36,283 nucleotides of DNA from Catajapyx aquilonaris (GCA_000934665.2 JYFJ02003933.1:1-36283), one strand, 5' to 3'; counted from the first letter of the stretch, positions 21,429 through 34,426 are shown. Numbers and translations: made by a program. Notes: generated by a model not told the origin, from the sequence alone.

Positions 21429-23789
21429 TAAATTATGGATAATAGCTATTATGGCATCTGCAACAAAGACATGTCAAATTAATGTACTTTATTGTTAGAA
21501 ACCCAGCCTATTGTTGATAAGTCTGCATTTTTCTAATTTTCGGTACTTTTCAGCGCTTAGAACGGCAGATAGAACTTCTGCCGTTCTAAGCGCTATATCA
21601 TGCTACAACTCTATTATGGACAACCTATTCCCATACATTATTGTACTTTTGAGCGAATTTTGTGGATTGGAGACGTCCAGTTTTGGAGCTAGACCATAAA
21701 TCCACCTGGTGTTGATGCGCTTGAACGTATGGTGCCCTTGGGACAACTTTGTATTTAGTTGTTCCCACTATTTGGGCGCCACCAGTTCCCATAAGGATGA
21801 ACTGATAGTTGAAGATAATGTGATTGTTGCCAGTGATTTTTTTTTTGCGGACTATTCCACATTCAGACCAGTAACGGCCATTATTGTCAAACGGTCCTCT
21901 TCCCAATGTAGTTTCCTCGCCTTGCTACTTCAAGTGTTCTCCAGAGGACACAACTCCTAATGGATTTCTAGGAGGGGGTGGTTCCCTGGTAATAATAAGA
22001 CGTAGCTATGGGAGGAAAGGGAGTGTGTCAGGACGGTTAAGTAAATTGCAGAGGCCCGGTACTGGCCACGAAGCAGATGGGACCTCCAAAAACAGTGCTT
22101 GCTCAACTCAGACACTTGGAAAATACTTGGAGAGATGTACTGCTACATAGGCTAGGACTTGAATTAATAGGACCATAGCATTGTTGGGAGTCTCCTGACA
22201 TACTCATTTTACAGTAGTCTATTTAAATTAATTAGTTAAATTAATATCCAAGACGGACTTCATTTTATGTCAAAATCCAGGGGGTAAACCGACATACACC
22301 ATGAGTCCATCACGCTTTTGAAGAACTGGACCACCACAATAATATGACCCTCGATACTGTACCGTAATCCAAATCCAATAATGACGCAGAGTTTGTTGCA
22401 GGCTATGCAATTAATTTCGGAGATTAACCATGAATGGATACCGACCAACCTCCCCTCCTGCAACGTTACATCGTAATTCGAATTTAGTGACGCGCTGCTG
22501 ATAACGGAATTTTGGTGCGGTCAGGTTTCAAACAGTCATAGTGTACTGCTCTTTCAGTTAGTGTGGCAGCCAGGAGTGAAACTACTTCAAGTATATCCTC
22601 AACATCAATCGTCACTACGACGCATTGTCTGATTAGTTATTTAATATTGCATGAACTAAATTTTTTATCATCTTTAAATTTCGCAAGTGTATGAAGAGGT
22701 ATATGAGTAACTCTCAGTAAAATGTACAGATTTTTATGAGGTCATTCATGTAATTAGGTCAAAGGTCGCACAATTTGATCACAATTATACGTTATTTTTG
22801 TGATAGTTAAAAGCTTATTTAGGCGTTCTTTAGAATTGTTGCAATCTTACGAATCTAATGATGTAATTATTACAATCGTAGGATATATAGTTAGCGAGAT
22901 ATGAGCTGATAAGTGACTGCTCGTCTTCATTTTAGCTTTTGACTATAGCAAAAACTGATTCCTTTGCACACGGCACATTCCGGATCTCAAGGTCAATGGT
23001 CGGAGCTCTTTTGTAGAATAATCTTCAACAATAGGAGTCTACCACATCATGCCAGCCAGTACTCCAAAAAAACAACCCCCGATTGAACCACCCCAACATT
23101 CCAGCCAATTCCACGTCCTCATCACCCCTGCAAATCAGGCCTGGCAAAAATGAGTTCAACACCTTCATTAATAGCGCCAACAAGCGGAGGCCCTTGTAAT
23201 GAAGCAAAAAAACCATCGGGCGCTTCCCATTCGGCGGAAGCCGTCTTTGTTAGTTTGTGACAAATTATCGGTGTTATTACGCGCCCGTTATGCATCAAAC
23301 GTAACGTTGTAGGCCCAGGATCAATAGAACATTGCAGTCTCCAGATAGTTGAATGTACCTGTCAAATGAGCGTGGCCATACCAACAATGCAGGTCTAGGA
23401 AAGACATTGAGGAATGTTGGTGGTCCATGTGTTGAGGTGAAATACTGCTGTTTTTTTTGTGTTCATGACTCTAGGGGGGGCATACCGAGTGTTTGAGGTG
23501 AAGTATCGCTACAAATTGCGTCTGCGTCGTCGTTATCATCGCCCTAATTCACAGTATGGTAGGGGGTTCTGGGGGGGGGGGAGGTCTAGGAAGAGGGTGG
23601 CTTGAGGGGTGAGGATTAAGCGCCTTGGCGGTCCCCACCAAGCCTTGTCATGAATGAATGATTAATTGCCAGTGCAGGGGGATGGTGGGGAGGGCACGAT
23701 TAAGCCCGTGTGTTGTTGTGGGAAGAGGAGGGGAAGTTTGAATCAAATGCCACCATCCAATCTATACAATGAAAAACCTCGGTATGACT

Positions 23790-24090
23790 CAGTGTCCAGA
23801 TATTGTGATATTCTGCTCACAGCCACATCACTAGACTATCGATCAGTCTATTGATAGGTTCAAATATCGTGTTTCGATGCGTCTTAAATAATATGTACAA
23901 TATCAATGTTTCAACTCCGATCTATTTGTAGATATTGTGAATGGTTATCCTGATTGTGATACTAAACAAATCAGCTCACAGCCACATACCAGGACTATCA
24001 GCCAATCACGCGATAGGTTCAAATATCGTGTTTGACCTATCGACCAATAGTACTTCAATAAAATGTCCAATATCCAGAGTGTTACAACTG
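23790..24090. repeat. Imperfect tandem duplication of about 155 bp
   Basis: agatattgtga...gctcacagccacat...gactatc...gataggttcaaatatcgtgttt occurs twice. Confidence 0.75.
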
Positions 24091-24893
24091 GTTCTGATTA
24101 AATGGCCTTCTAGTAATCAGCGCGTTGTCTTTCAGCGTAATGACCTTTGGTCATTACGCTACTAATCACCTCTGACCTAATTCCATTCTTTAACACACAA
24201 AAAACTCTAACTACATCCCCCATAAATAAATTTTTATGCTCACCTTCAGCATTACACAGAGTAACCCAGAGAGGGAGTTAAAAACAATGTGATTTATTCG
24301 TCTGTTTTTATTATTAGCCCCCTCCCCCTTTTCTCCCCTCTCCCCTCTCCCTCTCCCCGCCTCTCCCCTTATCCAAATCACAGGCCAGTGAGCCCTGGCG
24401 CCCTGCGTTTTTGAAATTCATGCACTGCCATGATCTGGGGCAGACTGCGCTGTAATGGGAATTTTCCTCACATTTGGCTCATTCATCACTCAAGCCTTCC
24501 GGGCGTGTTGTTGGGGAGGGGGGAGGGAGGGGAGAGGCGGGGGAGAGGGGAGGATTCGCCCCCCTCCCCTCTTTCCCCTCCAGCCCTTCCCCCCCTACCC
24601 CTCGAATGCAAATGAGTACAAGCGTCCTCATTTTGTCTGTGTTAGAGATGGATGTAGGGGAGAGGAGGAGAGGGGAGATGGGGGGGAGAGGGAGAGGGGG
24701 GATATGGAGTTATAGCATGTGCGACCATCTTCGGAGTGTCATTTTCACGCGGGAGTAATTTTGATGCGTTTTACATAACGAGGGAAGGGAATTTGGTATT
24801 GTTGGAATATTTGAGGGGGGGTTCTATACAAGTGGATTACAAATGGCGGATAAAAATAGTTTTACTACAAGACGTAATCCTGAAGTAGCATTA

Positions 24894-24974
24894 CAGTTGA
24901 ATCCTGATATAACAGACGTCATCGCGGAATAAAGTCTGTTATAACCGAAAGTCTGTTATATCCGGATTCGACTG
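24894..24974. mobile_element. 81-bp pogo/Tigger-like MITE
   Basis: TA-cagttgaatcctgatataacagac...gtctgttatatccggattcgactg-TA. Confidence 0.85.
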
Positions 24975-25371
24975 TATAACGACAGAAAATCCGGGCCTGC
25001 TGGCTCATTATAAATCTTGACTTAATGGACCTCACCAGTGGTTCACATTATGCAAAACCGACATAATGTGTTTTAGTATAGTGCCTACACGATGAGTCAC
25101 AATTTGGTGAAAATGCCAAAATTTTGATCACATGTTATGGACAAAAAAATTTGGAGGAAAATTGATTGAGTATCAAAATCACGATTTTCTTCATACGATG
25201 TTACGTCACAGATATGGGGTTTTCCCTAGTGGCAATAAAACTACTGGCAGTTGTATTACAAATGTTAGTTATAACTCGTCTGAAAAAAAATTTTACTACA
25301 AAATGGCAGATTTTTTTTGTTATTGGCAGTTTTCTAATAGGCTAATTTTTCTGAGTAAAGGTACGCAAAAA

Positions 25372-25895
25372 TATGTTAGTAAGCGTTCTAAATGTTAGTG
25401 AGGATACTAATATCTGTTATTAAGTGTTCTAAATATCTGTTAATAAGTGTTCTAATATCTGTTAATAAGTGTTCTAATATCTGTTATTAGGTGTTCTAAA
25501 TATCTGTTATTAAGTGTTCTAAATATCTGTTAAGTGCTATAAATATCTGTTATTAAGTGTTATAAATATCTGTTATTAAGACAGTGTTCTAAATAGGCCT
25601 ATCCGTTAGTAAGTGTTCTAACATATCCGTTAGTAAGTGTTCTAACATGTCCGTTAGTAAGTGTTCTAAATATCTGTTAGTAAGTGTTTTGTAATGTTTA
25701 TAAGTAAGTGTTGTAAAACATTAGCGAGGGTTCTAAATATTAGCGAGTGTTCTATAATGTGTGTTGGTGGGCATTCTATAATATCAGTAAGTGTTCTAAA
25801 ATATTAGTGGGTAATTGTTCTAAAAAATTTAGTGAGTGTGCTAAAACGTTAGTGAGGGTTCTAAGTATTAGTGAGGGTTCTAAATGTCTGTTAGT
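25372..25895. repeat. 22-23-bp AT-rich minisatellite
   Basis: aatatctgttattaagtgttcta, degenerating toward the right. Confidence 0.92.
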
Positions 25896-26842
25896 AAAGC
25901 AATTTATACACAGTGGCCAATAAAAAGTCAAGCTTAAAGCCTTGTAATTTAAAGCCTGGACGTGGTGTTACATACCCGACCCACTAGAACTTTAGGGTCA
26001 GAATAAGTGAGGGAACGGCAATGTAGACAGGATAAATGGTGTATGTGCGGTGTTAGACACAGGACATTAGTCCCTAAAGCGAGTTACAGTAAATGGGCAC
26101 CAATTTGTTCCTGTGTGTTGAATTTTGCATATGCCTTGTGATTTAGTCATGCCTCGCTGTTGTGTCCACACCATGTTTTATTTGTATATGTGCGCAAGTA
26201 CCTAGTTTCAGCAATTACAAACCAATTTTTAGCGCCACTGTTCCCACTGTAAAAATGTTCCGTTTTGACCGATCGAATCACTTTTTTTTTTACCACGATT
26301 TCGTCGCCTTGCTCAACCCCTAAATATGGCGGAAGCTATCAAAAAGCCAGGGCGGGTTGCGGGTTGGTGGGGTTGGGTTGGCGTAATTCCGGCTGGCCTG
26401 GTAAAGTATGGAAATGAAAAGCAACAGGCTGTGCAAAAAGGCAAAAGAGATAAATCAATTACTGTCCCCACACCTTTCCCGCCAGTGAAAATTTCACCAT
26501 CACCGTTTTCTCGCTTCGGTAGCAATACGGTTGATGGGAAATCTTTTATGCTCTTGTCAGTCATCTTCCCCATTTCCTATTCAGACTGGATGTATAGGTA
26601 GTCTATGAATGGTTCTACAATTGGCTCAAACTCTATGAATCTACACCAGCTCATTCTCACCTGTATTTCATTTTAATATTCTGATTATAATTAATTATCA
26701 TCTGTAGAAACAGAAATGCCACATTAACAGCGTCATCATTTCATCTACCTTACAAGATCGCATTTTGACCTCACAATCATTCATCTACAATATATTCATA
26801 ACCTTCACAGTTATTCGCCTACACTTCACAACTATCCATGTA

Positions 26843-26980
26843 CTATGGGACTCAAATTGTTTTGGCCAGTTTATCCTGGTCTCGAAGCAACCCTTCACAC
26901 ACATTTCCTCACCGCGAGGCCTGTGCGAAGAGTTGCTTCAAGAGCAGGATAAAGTGGCCAAAACAATTTGAGCCCCATAG
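26843..26980. mobile_element. MITE family A
   Basis: TA-ctatggg...cccatag-TA with the same TIRs, inserted in a minisatellite. Confidence 0.9.
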
Positions 26981-27072
26981 TACACCTCACAGCTATTTAC
27001 TTAACATCTCAATCACTCACCTACACTCCACAACCACTCACATACACTTCACAGCCACATGAAGGTGCAACA

Positions 27073-27255
27073 TAGGTGCAACCAGGTGTATATAGGAAAA
27101 TGGTTACGAAGTGTAGTAAAATGGCTGAAGTGTAGGCAAATGTGGCTGTGAAGTGTAGGCAAATTTTGCCTACACTTCACAGCCACATTTGCCTACACTT
27201 CAGCCATTTTACTACACTTCGTAACCATTTTCCTATATACACCTGGTTGCACCTA
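27073..27255. repeat. Perfect palindrome, 91-bp arms with 1-nt spacer
   Basis: 27073-27163 is the exact reverse complement of 27165-27255. Confidence 0.95.
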
Positions 27256-27444
27256 CACTCCACAACCACTTACGCTTCACAACCACTCATGTACACTTCA
27301 CAGCCATTTTACTATGCTTCACGACCCCTCAAATACACCTCCCAACCATTTCATTACACCTCACAACCACAACCACTCACCTACCCTTCAACCATGTCAT
27401 TAGACCTCACAACCACTCACCTGCACCTCACAGCCATTCACCTA

Positions 27445-27611
27445 CACTGTAAACCTCAAAACATTAAAAAAGCATCACTAGTGAGTCTTCCATGCAGCAT
27501 CAATTTTTAATGCTCTTGTGATGCTCTTTAGCAACAAAAAGCATTAGAAGAGCATTAAAAACTGATGCTACATGTGAGACTCACCCGTTTAATATTTTGC
27601 GGTTTACAGTA
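27445..27611. mobile_element. MITE with CACTGTAAA termini and TA TSD (CACTA/EnSpm-like)
   Basis: TA-cactgtaaacc...ggtttacagta-TA; inner arms gtgagtct..catg.agcatca.tttttaatgctctt / aagagcattaaaaactgatgct.catg.gagactcac. Confidence 0.8.
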
Positions 27612-28394
27612 TACACCTCACAACCACTCACCACAACTGTAAGCTTGTTTTCATCCCATATTTACGTTTAAGCCTCCTCCACCTCACAATACTACAGTAT
27701 TACACCCCCCACAATATTCAACTCTTTCCTCATCAATTTTGAACCACCTCATCTAGCCACTTTGCAATCAACTAACTCCATCTGAGGCCCATACCTCCGC
27801 ATTAAAATTTTACCCACATCTCCCCTTTATCACACTGACATTGCCCACATTTGGAACGATTCAGGCATTCGTTCCCTTTACACTTCATTTATTCAGAATA
27901 ATTGTGATTCTACTCGCGCGCCCCCCCAACCCCTGCGGTCACTTCTGAAAAGTAGTTCACTAGGTTTTTTCACCATACTCTCCTCACACAAAAAAACCCC
28001 TGCCATTGAATCGTTGAAACGTGAGAGGAAAATAGACCTCGCCGTAGTAAATAGATTCAATGTGAGGTAGTGTACGACCCTCTCTATACATCTCTAGAAA
28101 AGGACTAGTGTATCGAAAAGTTTTCACCTTTATTCGAGAACCCCCCCCCCCCTTTTCGACTGTGTGTTCTCCGGAATCTAATATTATCCAGCCCTGAGGT
28201 TGATTTGGCATGGAATCGCAGGAGCCAGTTCTAGTGTTTCAGTATTGGATTATGGCTGCGGGGATGAACCTTCGATTCCTATGGCGGCTTTCTCCGCCCT
28301 ATGGTATGCGAAAACTGAGGGAGGGGAAAGGGGCTTATCAGGGATAGAGGGGGAGAGTAGGGGAGAGTGTTGAGTACATGGGGAGTAAGCTCAC

Positions 28395-28890
28395 TCGATA
28401 TTTTCGTTTGGGTGCGGGAGCAGAATTTTTTGGGAGCCAATGGGGTGGTAGAATTTGCTCGAGTTTGTTTGATGGGATAGTACAGGGTGTCAACTATTGT
28501 CCTGTAAAATTTGGGAAGAAAGCATAAAGCTAGAGGGTAATAAATTAAGCTTCGATATTTTTGTTAAGGTGCTTCAGCGCTTAGTGGATGGGAGAGGAAT
28601 TATTTGGGAGCGAGCCAATGGGGTCGTAGAATTTGCTCTAGTTTGTTTGATGGGATAGTACAGGGTGTCAACTATTGTTCTATAAAATGCGGGAAGAAAG
28701 CATAAAGCTAGAGGGTAATATATTAAGCTTCGATATTTTCGTTAAGGTGCTTCAGCGCTTAGTGGATGGGAGAGGAATTATGTGGGAGCCAATGGGACAT
28801 TAGAATTTCGTCTAGTTTGTTTAATGGGATAGTATAGGGCGTCAACTATTGTGGTATAAAATTTCCAAAGAAAGCATAGAGCTCGAGGGC
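28395..28890. repeat. About 179-bp tandem repeat, about 3 copies
   Basis: tcgatatttt...gggagccaatggg..tagaattt...atgggatagta.aggg.gtcaactattgt...aagaaagcata at about 28395, 28551 and 28730. Confidence 0.9.
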
Positions 28891-29405
28891 AGTTAGGCTA
28901 GTTTATATGCAGGGTTCTATTTTTTGTTTTTGTTTGTAACACCCAATATTGGCTCAGGGCAGTGTCTACCGCAATGCCGTGCCTCTATTACCTCCAGACA
29001 TTGGCTTTCCTACTTGTTCGTGCAACCCCAGGAGCCGGAAACCATCTGTTTCTCGGTCCACGTCTCGACATAAACCTCAAGCACCTTGTGTTAGGGGGTA
29101 ACTATCAGGTGCATTAGGGTGCTTTTATTCCCTCCCGTCAACCTCGCCGGAAAAGCACCAGGGGTCTCCCCACCCGAGAAAACGGTGGCAAGATCTGTGA
29201 GTTATAGAATTCCTGGTTGGAATTCTATCAAATGTAGAATTCCCAACCAGCAAGTCATGAGAACATGAGAAACACTTTCTACACAACAATACTACACATG
29301 ATAGAATTCTTGGTTGGAATTCTATCAAGTGTTGAATTCCTACCGGCAATTCTATCAAGTGTAGAATTCCTACCAGCAAGTCACGAGAACAAGGGAAACA
29401 CTTAC

Positions 29406-29699
29406 TGTACAACCGTATGGTCCCATCCGTCTCTCCTCGAGGATTCTTGGCCACACACTTGTAGGTGCCATAGTCCTTCTCACCGATATCGAAGAGGGTG
29501 AGCTTCATGTGCGTCTTGTACGAGGGTGCCATCAGTACGTTCTCGGTACGGTACTTCCTATTGTCGTGTATCATATGTCCATCCTCTCTCGTCCAGTAGT
29601 TAAGGGACGTTGGGTGAGCCTCGGTGAAACACTCTAGGGTCACGCTGTATCCCTGAGGTGCACCCACCAACTGATGTGGTATCCATAACATCGGTGGGA
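29406..29699 (-). CDS. Internal exon encoding the third Ig (I-set) domain of a DIP/lachesin-like neuronal cell-adhesion protein (DIP-epsilon/zeta-like)
   Basis: Translation xPPMLWIPHQLVGAPQGYSVTLECFTEAHPTSLNYWTREDG...YKTHMKLTLFDIGEKDYGTYKCVAKNPRGETDGTIRLY has the Ig Cys-Trp-DxGxYxC core and DIP-type motifs. Acceptor cttgtctttacAG precedes 29699 and donor GTAAGT follows 29406 (minus strand); 294 bp, phase 1-1. Confidence 0.95.
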
Positions 29700-30244
29700 C
29701 TGTAAAGACAAGCACACCAAAGTGAGAACCCCCTCGTAGAGACACCACAATTGATTTAACTGTCAAAAACATGGTCGAGCACTCACGCCCCCAAAATTTT
29801 CCCCTCGTGGTTCTTTCCAAAGGCCATTTCAGCTACTTCGAACTGATATTTTGCATGGGTGGAGGATTCGCGAGTGGCGTGCATTTTGCCGTAAAATGGG
29901 AGGAGTTGAAGGGAAGAGAGGGGATCAAAAAGGAGGCCATAGAGAAGTGACTGAGCCCCTACTGAGGTATCCCGGAGGCAGAACTGCAAGCCTCGTTTCA
30001 ATCTGAAGGACTCTTATGCATGTCAGATGCGGTATCGGGATCCTTCAGGTATGTGATGCTGCAGGTTCCAAACTTGTTGAAGCGTGGAAGCTGATTCGAT
30101 CCGGCTTCACGTAACGCATAAGGAGATGATGTACGTGAGCTAACAAGCTATTTCGGGCCTACTTTTTGTAGGGTTTGTAAGTCAAGCTGGGTTTAGTGTA
30201 GCTATTTAAGTGGAAATTAGGTGAGAGCATTATAGGTCTGAGGC

Positions 30245-30925
30245 CCGGCTTGGTCAGCCCCCGCCTGGGCATCCCTATTCCGCTCAGCCCTAGTCAGCTC
30301 CACCATGGCCTGCCCAGACAAATTCAGGCCAGAACAACATCCACCAAGTGAAGAAACCCCTAATTTCAGCTCCTTGACATACCTTGAACCCTTCCGGTTC
30401 AACCCCATGTCTGATCTACCCAATATAATCCTAGCGTGGTCCCTCAGCCTGGTCATCCCTAGCTGCTCCACCCTAATCAGGCCCAGCCAAATCAGGCCAG
30501 AACAATGCAAAACAAGTAATTTCACTCCTTGACATAACTTGAACGCTACAGGTTCAACCCGACATGTGCTCTACCCAATAGAATCTTTGATGTGTACACC
30601 AGCCTGGTCAGCCCTTCTGCTCAGCAGTAGCCAGGTCAGGCCCAGACATATGAGGCCAGAACAGCTCAAAGCAAGCGAAGAAACCCTTAATTTCAGCTCC
30701 TAGACATATTGTGAACCCTATTGGTTCAACCCCACCCATGATATACCAAATAGAATGTGCCCCAGCCTGGTCAGGCCTAATCGGGTCAGCCGTAGCCGGG
30801 TCAGGCCCAGCCAAATCAGGCCAGAACAACTCCACTAACTAAGTGAAGAAACTCCCAATTTCAACTGGTTGACATACCTTGAACCACACTGGTTCAACCC
30901 CACCTATGATCAACCCAAAAGAATC
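30245..30925. repeat. Degenerate about 155-200-bp tandem repeat, 4 copies
   Basis: ggccagaaca...taatttca.ctcc.tgacata...gaac...ggttcaacc four times. Confidence 0.88.
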
Positions 30926-31689
30926 TCATATTCGTGCCTCATCCCTCCTTGTAGTGTGCACGTGGCTCTAGGCCTGGGCTCGTCAGATGAGGACCCCGTG
31001 GAAGGCAATCAAGCCCACAACCGCGCAGCTCCTCAAGCCTTCCTGAACGCAGTCAAGAAGGAAATGGGCGAGCGCATTCATCCGAACGCACCAGGGTCCA
31101 TACAATCCCCGTGTCATTGACATATGAGAAAGTCACCGGGATCGAGTGAGATTTATTTCGATAGAAATTCAAACCCGTGATCGATTTCCTTGGGTCTCCC
31201 GCAACTTTCTCCAGCTTTATATCCCACCCAGTATGGATTTCTTGGCTTTCTTTCTTCCAAGTTTTCTTGTTTGCGGAATGTCGCACGTCAATGGCGAATG
31301 GAGGACCCCAGAACGACGAATCAAAATGGAAATCAGATGGTATTATACGGTGGCCAGTGGTAAAGGAGTGGGAAAATGTCCCTGGGTTTTGAAACCAGAT
31401 CAAAGTTTAGAACGGTGAGATATATATAAAAAAAACCAAGCCGAAAACCGCAGTTATTCCATTGAGGATTGATCAAAGCGCGATTGTGGCTAATGAAATC
31501 ACCAGGACAATTAGGCAGGGGACAAATCGCCTGTTGCGTCCTGTTTATTTTGCAGGATTCAGGGGGACTATGCTGTGGTTAGGGGTTTACATAGTGGCCA
31601 CACTTTGGGGATGAAAACCCGCCATTGCTAGAACCGCTAGAAGGCAACAAACAAGGGTGTCTTTACTGGTTGTCTTGTTTGGATATGGC

Positions 31690-33045
31690 TGTTAAATGTG
31701 TAGAGCCACGTTGGGAATACCTGTTGGATCACCTTGCATGTATAGGAGTCAGTGACGGTAGCCAGACCCACCCCCCAACTCTTGTTGATGTTTTTTTACA
31801 TCATGGGGGGGGGGGGNACAACCATTCAAATCTCCCACATTCACCTAAACTCGTGTGACCTTGAACTCAACAAATATTCGCCTCCGGCGGGCCTCCTCCC
31901 CGCCCTTTTCGGTTTATGCCCCCCCACCCCCTAACTGGAATCCTGGCTACGTCATTGATAGGAGTAAGCCTTTCTGAAGTGAGGTAAAAATTCCAAGGCC
32001 ACAATAACGTTCGTTGGCGGCGCACAAGACGACAGCATTTGGCGTACGCACAATCCACAATTATCGGGCATAAGTGACGTACCGCGCCTGGGATGGCCCA
32101 ATACGGAAAGTGGTGCTGTGACGCAAATGGTATAACTTACAGTTAAAATGTTGACAGTTAAAAACCGTTAAACAGTTAAAATGTGAAGCGCCAGTCGTAC
32201 TGTTGGGAATACCTGTTGGATCACCATGTACGTATATGAGTAAGTTCTTCTGGAATTTAGGTGAAAATGACAAAGCCACAATAATGTTCGTTGGCGGCGC
32301 ACAATACGGACAGAATTGTTGGCGTATACACAACCCCCCATTATCGGCATAAGCAACGTACCGTGTCTGTAATATACAGGGTGTATCTGAACTCAGTGCC
32401 CCGACGTATATGACTGCCTTCCTAGCCACCAGAGGATCGATTTAAGTATAGGAATCATTATGTTTGGCCGCCGCATTACGGAGATAATTGGCCGCAAACA
32501 TGTAGTACAAAATATCCTGTCGGTTAGGCCACCCATCGAACCCTCCCCCAGTCAGAAGCCTCTGGAAGGTCTGGGGGCGGGACTCTGTTGGTTTGTTGCC
32601 CACAGGTGGTAAGGCCTCTTTGGCTAGTTACACCAGAAAATTCTATTTAAAAGTCAGAAGGAGCGATTAGGCAAAAATCGCTAAAGAGTGTATCTCAGTA
32701 ATGAGGCTGCCCAGACATATGACTCCTATACTTAAATCGATCCTCTGGTGGCTAGGAAGGCAGTCATATACGTCGGGGCACTGAGTTCAGATACACCCTG
32801 TATTGCTCGCAAGATGGGCAGTGGTGCTGCTGTCACCCAAAAGAACTTACAGTTAAAATGTCGACCGTTAAAACCGTTAAAAACCGTTAAAATGTGAAGA
32901 GCAACTCGTACTGTTGGGAATACCTGTTGGATCACCCTGTACGTGTAGGAGTAAGCGCTTCTGAATTTAGGTGAAAATGACAAAGCCACAATAATGTTCG
33001 TTGGCGGCGCACAAGACGGACATAATATTGTTGGCGTATACACAA
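31690..33045. repeat. Degenerate about 280-bp tandem repeat, 3 copies, interrupted by a mariner-like MITE
   Basis: gttgggaatacctgttggatcacc at about 31710, 32202 and 32913; gccacaataa.gttcgttggcggcgcacaa at about 31998, 32275 and 32985. Confidence 0.85.
32377..32800. mobile_element. Young Tc1/mariner-like MITE with 77-bp perfect TIRs
   Basis: TA-cagggtgtatctgaactcagtgccccgacg...; 32377-32453 is the reverse complement of 32724-32800; TA TSD. Confidence 0.95.
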
Positions 33046-33194
33046 CCAACGATAAGCGCTCAGCTCGCTCATGCCCGCATTTATCTTTAAAAAAATCATG
33101 GAGGGCAACGAACCATGCCTGGCATGGCCACAAAACGGACAGTACTGGAGCGGTCACCCAAATTCTCTACAGCTGACATCAAATTATAGGCCTA

Positions 33195-33393
33195 CAGGGT
33201 GTTCCAAATTCACGGTTATTTTCCATAATTGATATAATAGCCCTATAGTTATAGTAGTTATTTCTTCTAGCTTGTTATGCCCCGATCCAGTTACTATAGA
33301 ACGGGCCACATGGTTAGGGGCACAATCTACAAAAATAGCTAATATCGGGCGATATCAGTTATAAAAAACGACCCACGAATTTGGAACACCTTG
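33195..33393. mobile_element. MITE family B, uninterrupted copy
   Basis: TA-cagggtgttccaaattc...gaatttggaacaccttg-TA. Confidence 0.85.
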
Positions 33394-34211
33394 TATTTTC
33401 AACATCTGCTGGAAGAAGTGGGAGGAGTTTGAACAAGCCAGGGCCAATCACTACCAACGCGACATTTACCCTGACATTTAAACATACTGTATTTAGCCGC
33501 ACTATTACTCGTAAATTAACCCAAACTTCCCGCATTTAATACCGGTCCCCTATTAAAACCCGCACTAGCTACAAAACGAGGGCGTAAAACCGTATTAGCA
33601 AATTCAATAAACTTGAAGTTATTCGCTGATGCACGCCATGTCCATATATATATGAAACCTGCTCTGTGATTGGTCGAAACCCAAAAAATGCTAATTACAT
33701 TGGTATTAAGTCTCAAATTTTGAAACTTCGAGACACGTTTTAGTGCTGATGTTAGACACGACCATTGCGGGGATGTTTCTAGTCTTAGACCATCTGTCGC
33801 ACCCTGGTTGGAAGGGAAAATCTGGTCTCAAGTGCGATTCCTGCATTTTCGAGGGAGGGTTGGGGAGAGGAGTGGGGGAAAAGGGAAGGGAAGGGGGGCC
33901 TTTCCTTCCTTATACCAGATGGCCAATTTTGGAGTTTAGATCGCAGTTATTATTTCATAAGGACCCAGAGGCGGTTCCTTCGTTAAGCTTCTTCGGATTT
34001 TGGGTAGTGGAAAGTTTCAGAGGGAAGTTTAAGGTGTTTTGTGGGCTTACTTTGGTTGTGTTTAGCACGTGGAGGTTCCAACAATACTCCAAATTGAGCA
34101 ATACCATGGGGAGGGAAAAAAATCGCCAAATTTGGAAAAAGGTCTGAAAATGATGCCTTTTTCAGATAATTTTTTCGGTAGTAGAAATTGTCAGAACCCA
34201 ATAATAACATA

Positions 34212-34426
34212 AGGTGAAGTGGGGTAAGTGCATACACGGGGTAAGTGCATATATTGTGCCGCCATATTGGAATTAAAATGGCTGACGACACCAAAACGCG
34301 TCAGGCACTCTTTTGTGTAGCTGCACATAACATCCCGAGCGTTTTGGTGTCGTCAGCCATTTTCATTCCAATATGGCGGCCCAATATATGCACTTACCCC
34401 GTGTATGCACTTACCCCACTTCACCT
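34212..34426. mobile_element. Palindromic MITE with TA TSD (pogo-like)
   Basis: About 88-bp arms aggtgaagtggggtaagtgcatacacggggtaagtgcata...; doubled ggggtaagtgcata motif in each arm. Confidence 0.9.

Larger units (their letters stand above)
26800..27635. repeat. Degenerate about 21-bp CA-rich minisatellite with an inversion and two MITE insertions
   Basis: ctacac(t/c)tcaca(g/a)cca(t/c)t unit throughout. Confidence 0.85.

Noticed and set aside
21640..22150. Possible decayed coding or viral fragment
   Set aside because: Several short overlapping frames, but no recognisable motif; a tBLASTx search would be needed.
24315..24702. Alternating C-rich and G-rich tracts as a structured element
   Set aside because: Low-complexity complementarity with no defined termini or TSD.
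29125..29820. 231-aa ORF as a complete single-exon gene
   Set aside because: Ig similarity is confined to 29406-29699 between canonical splice sites; the flanking translation is intronic.
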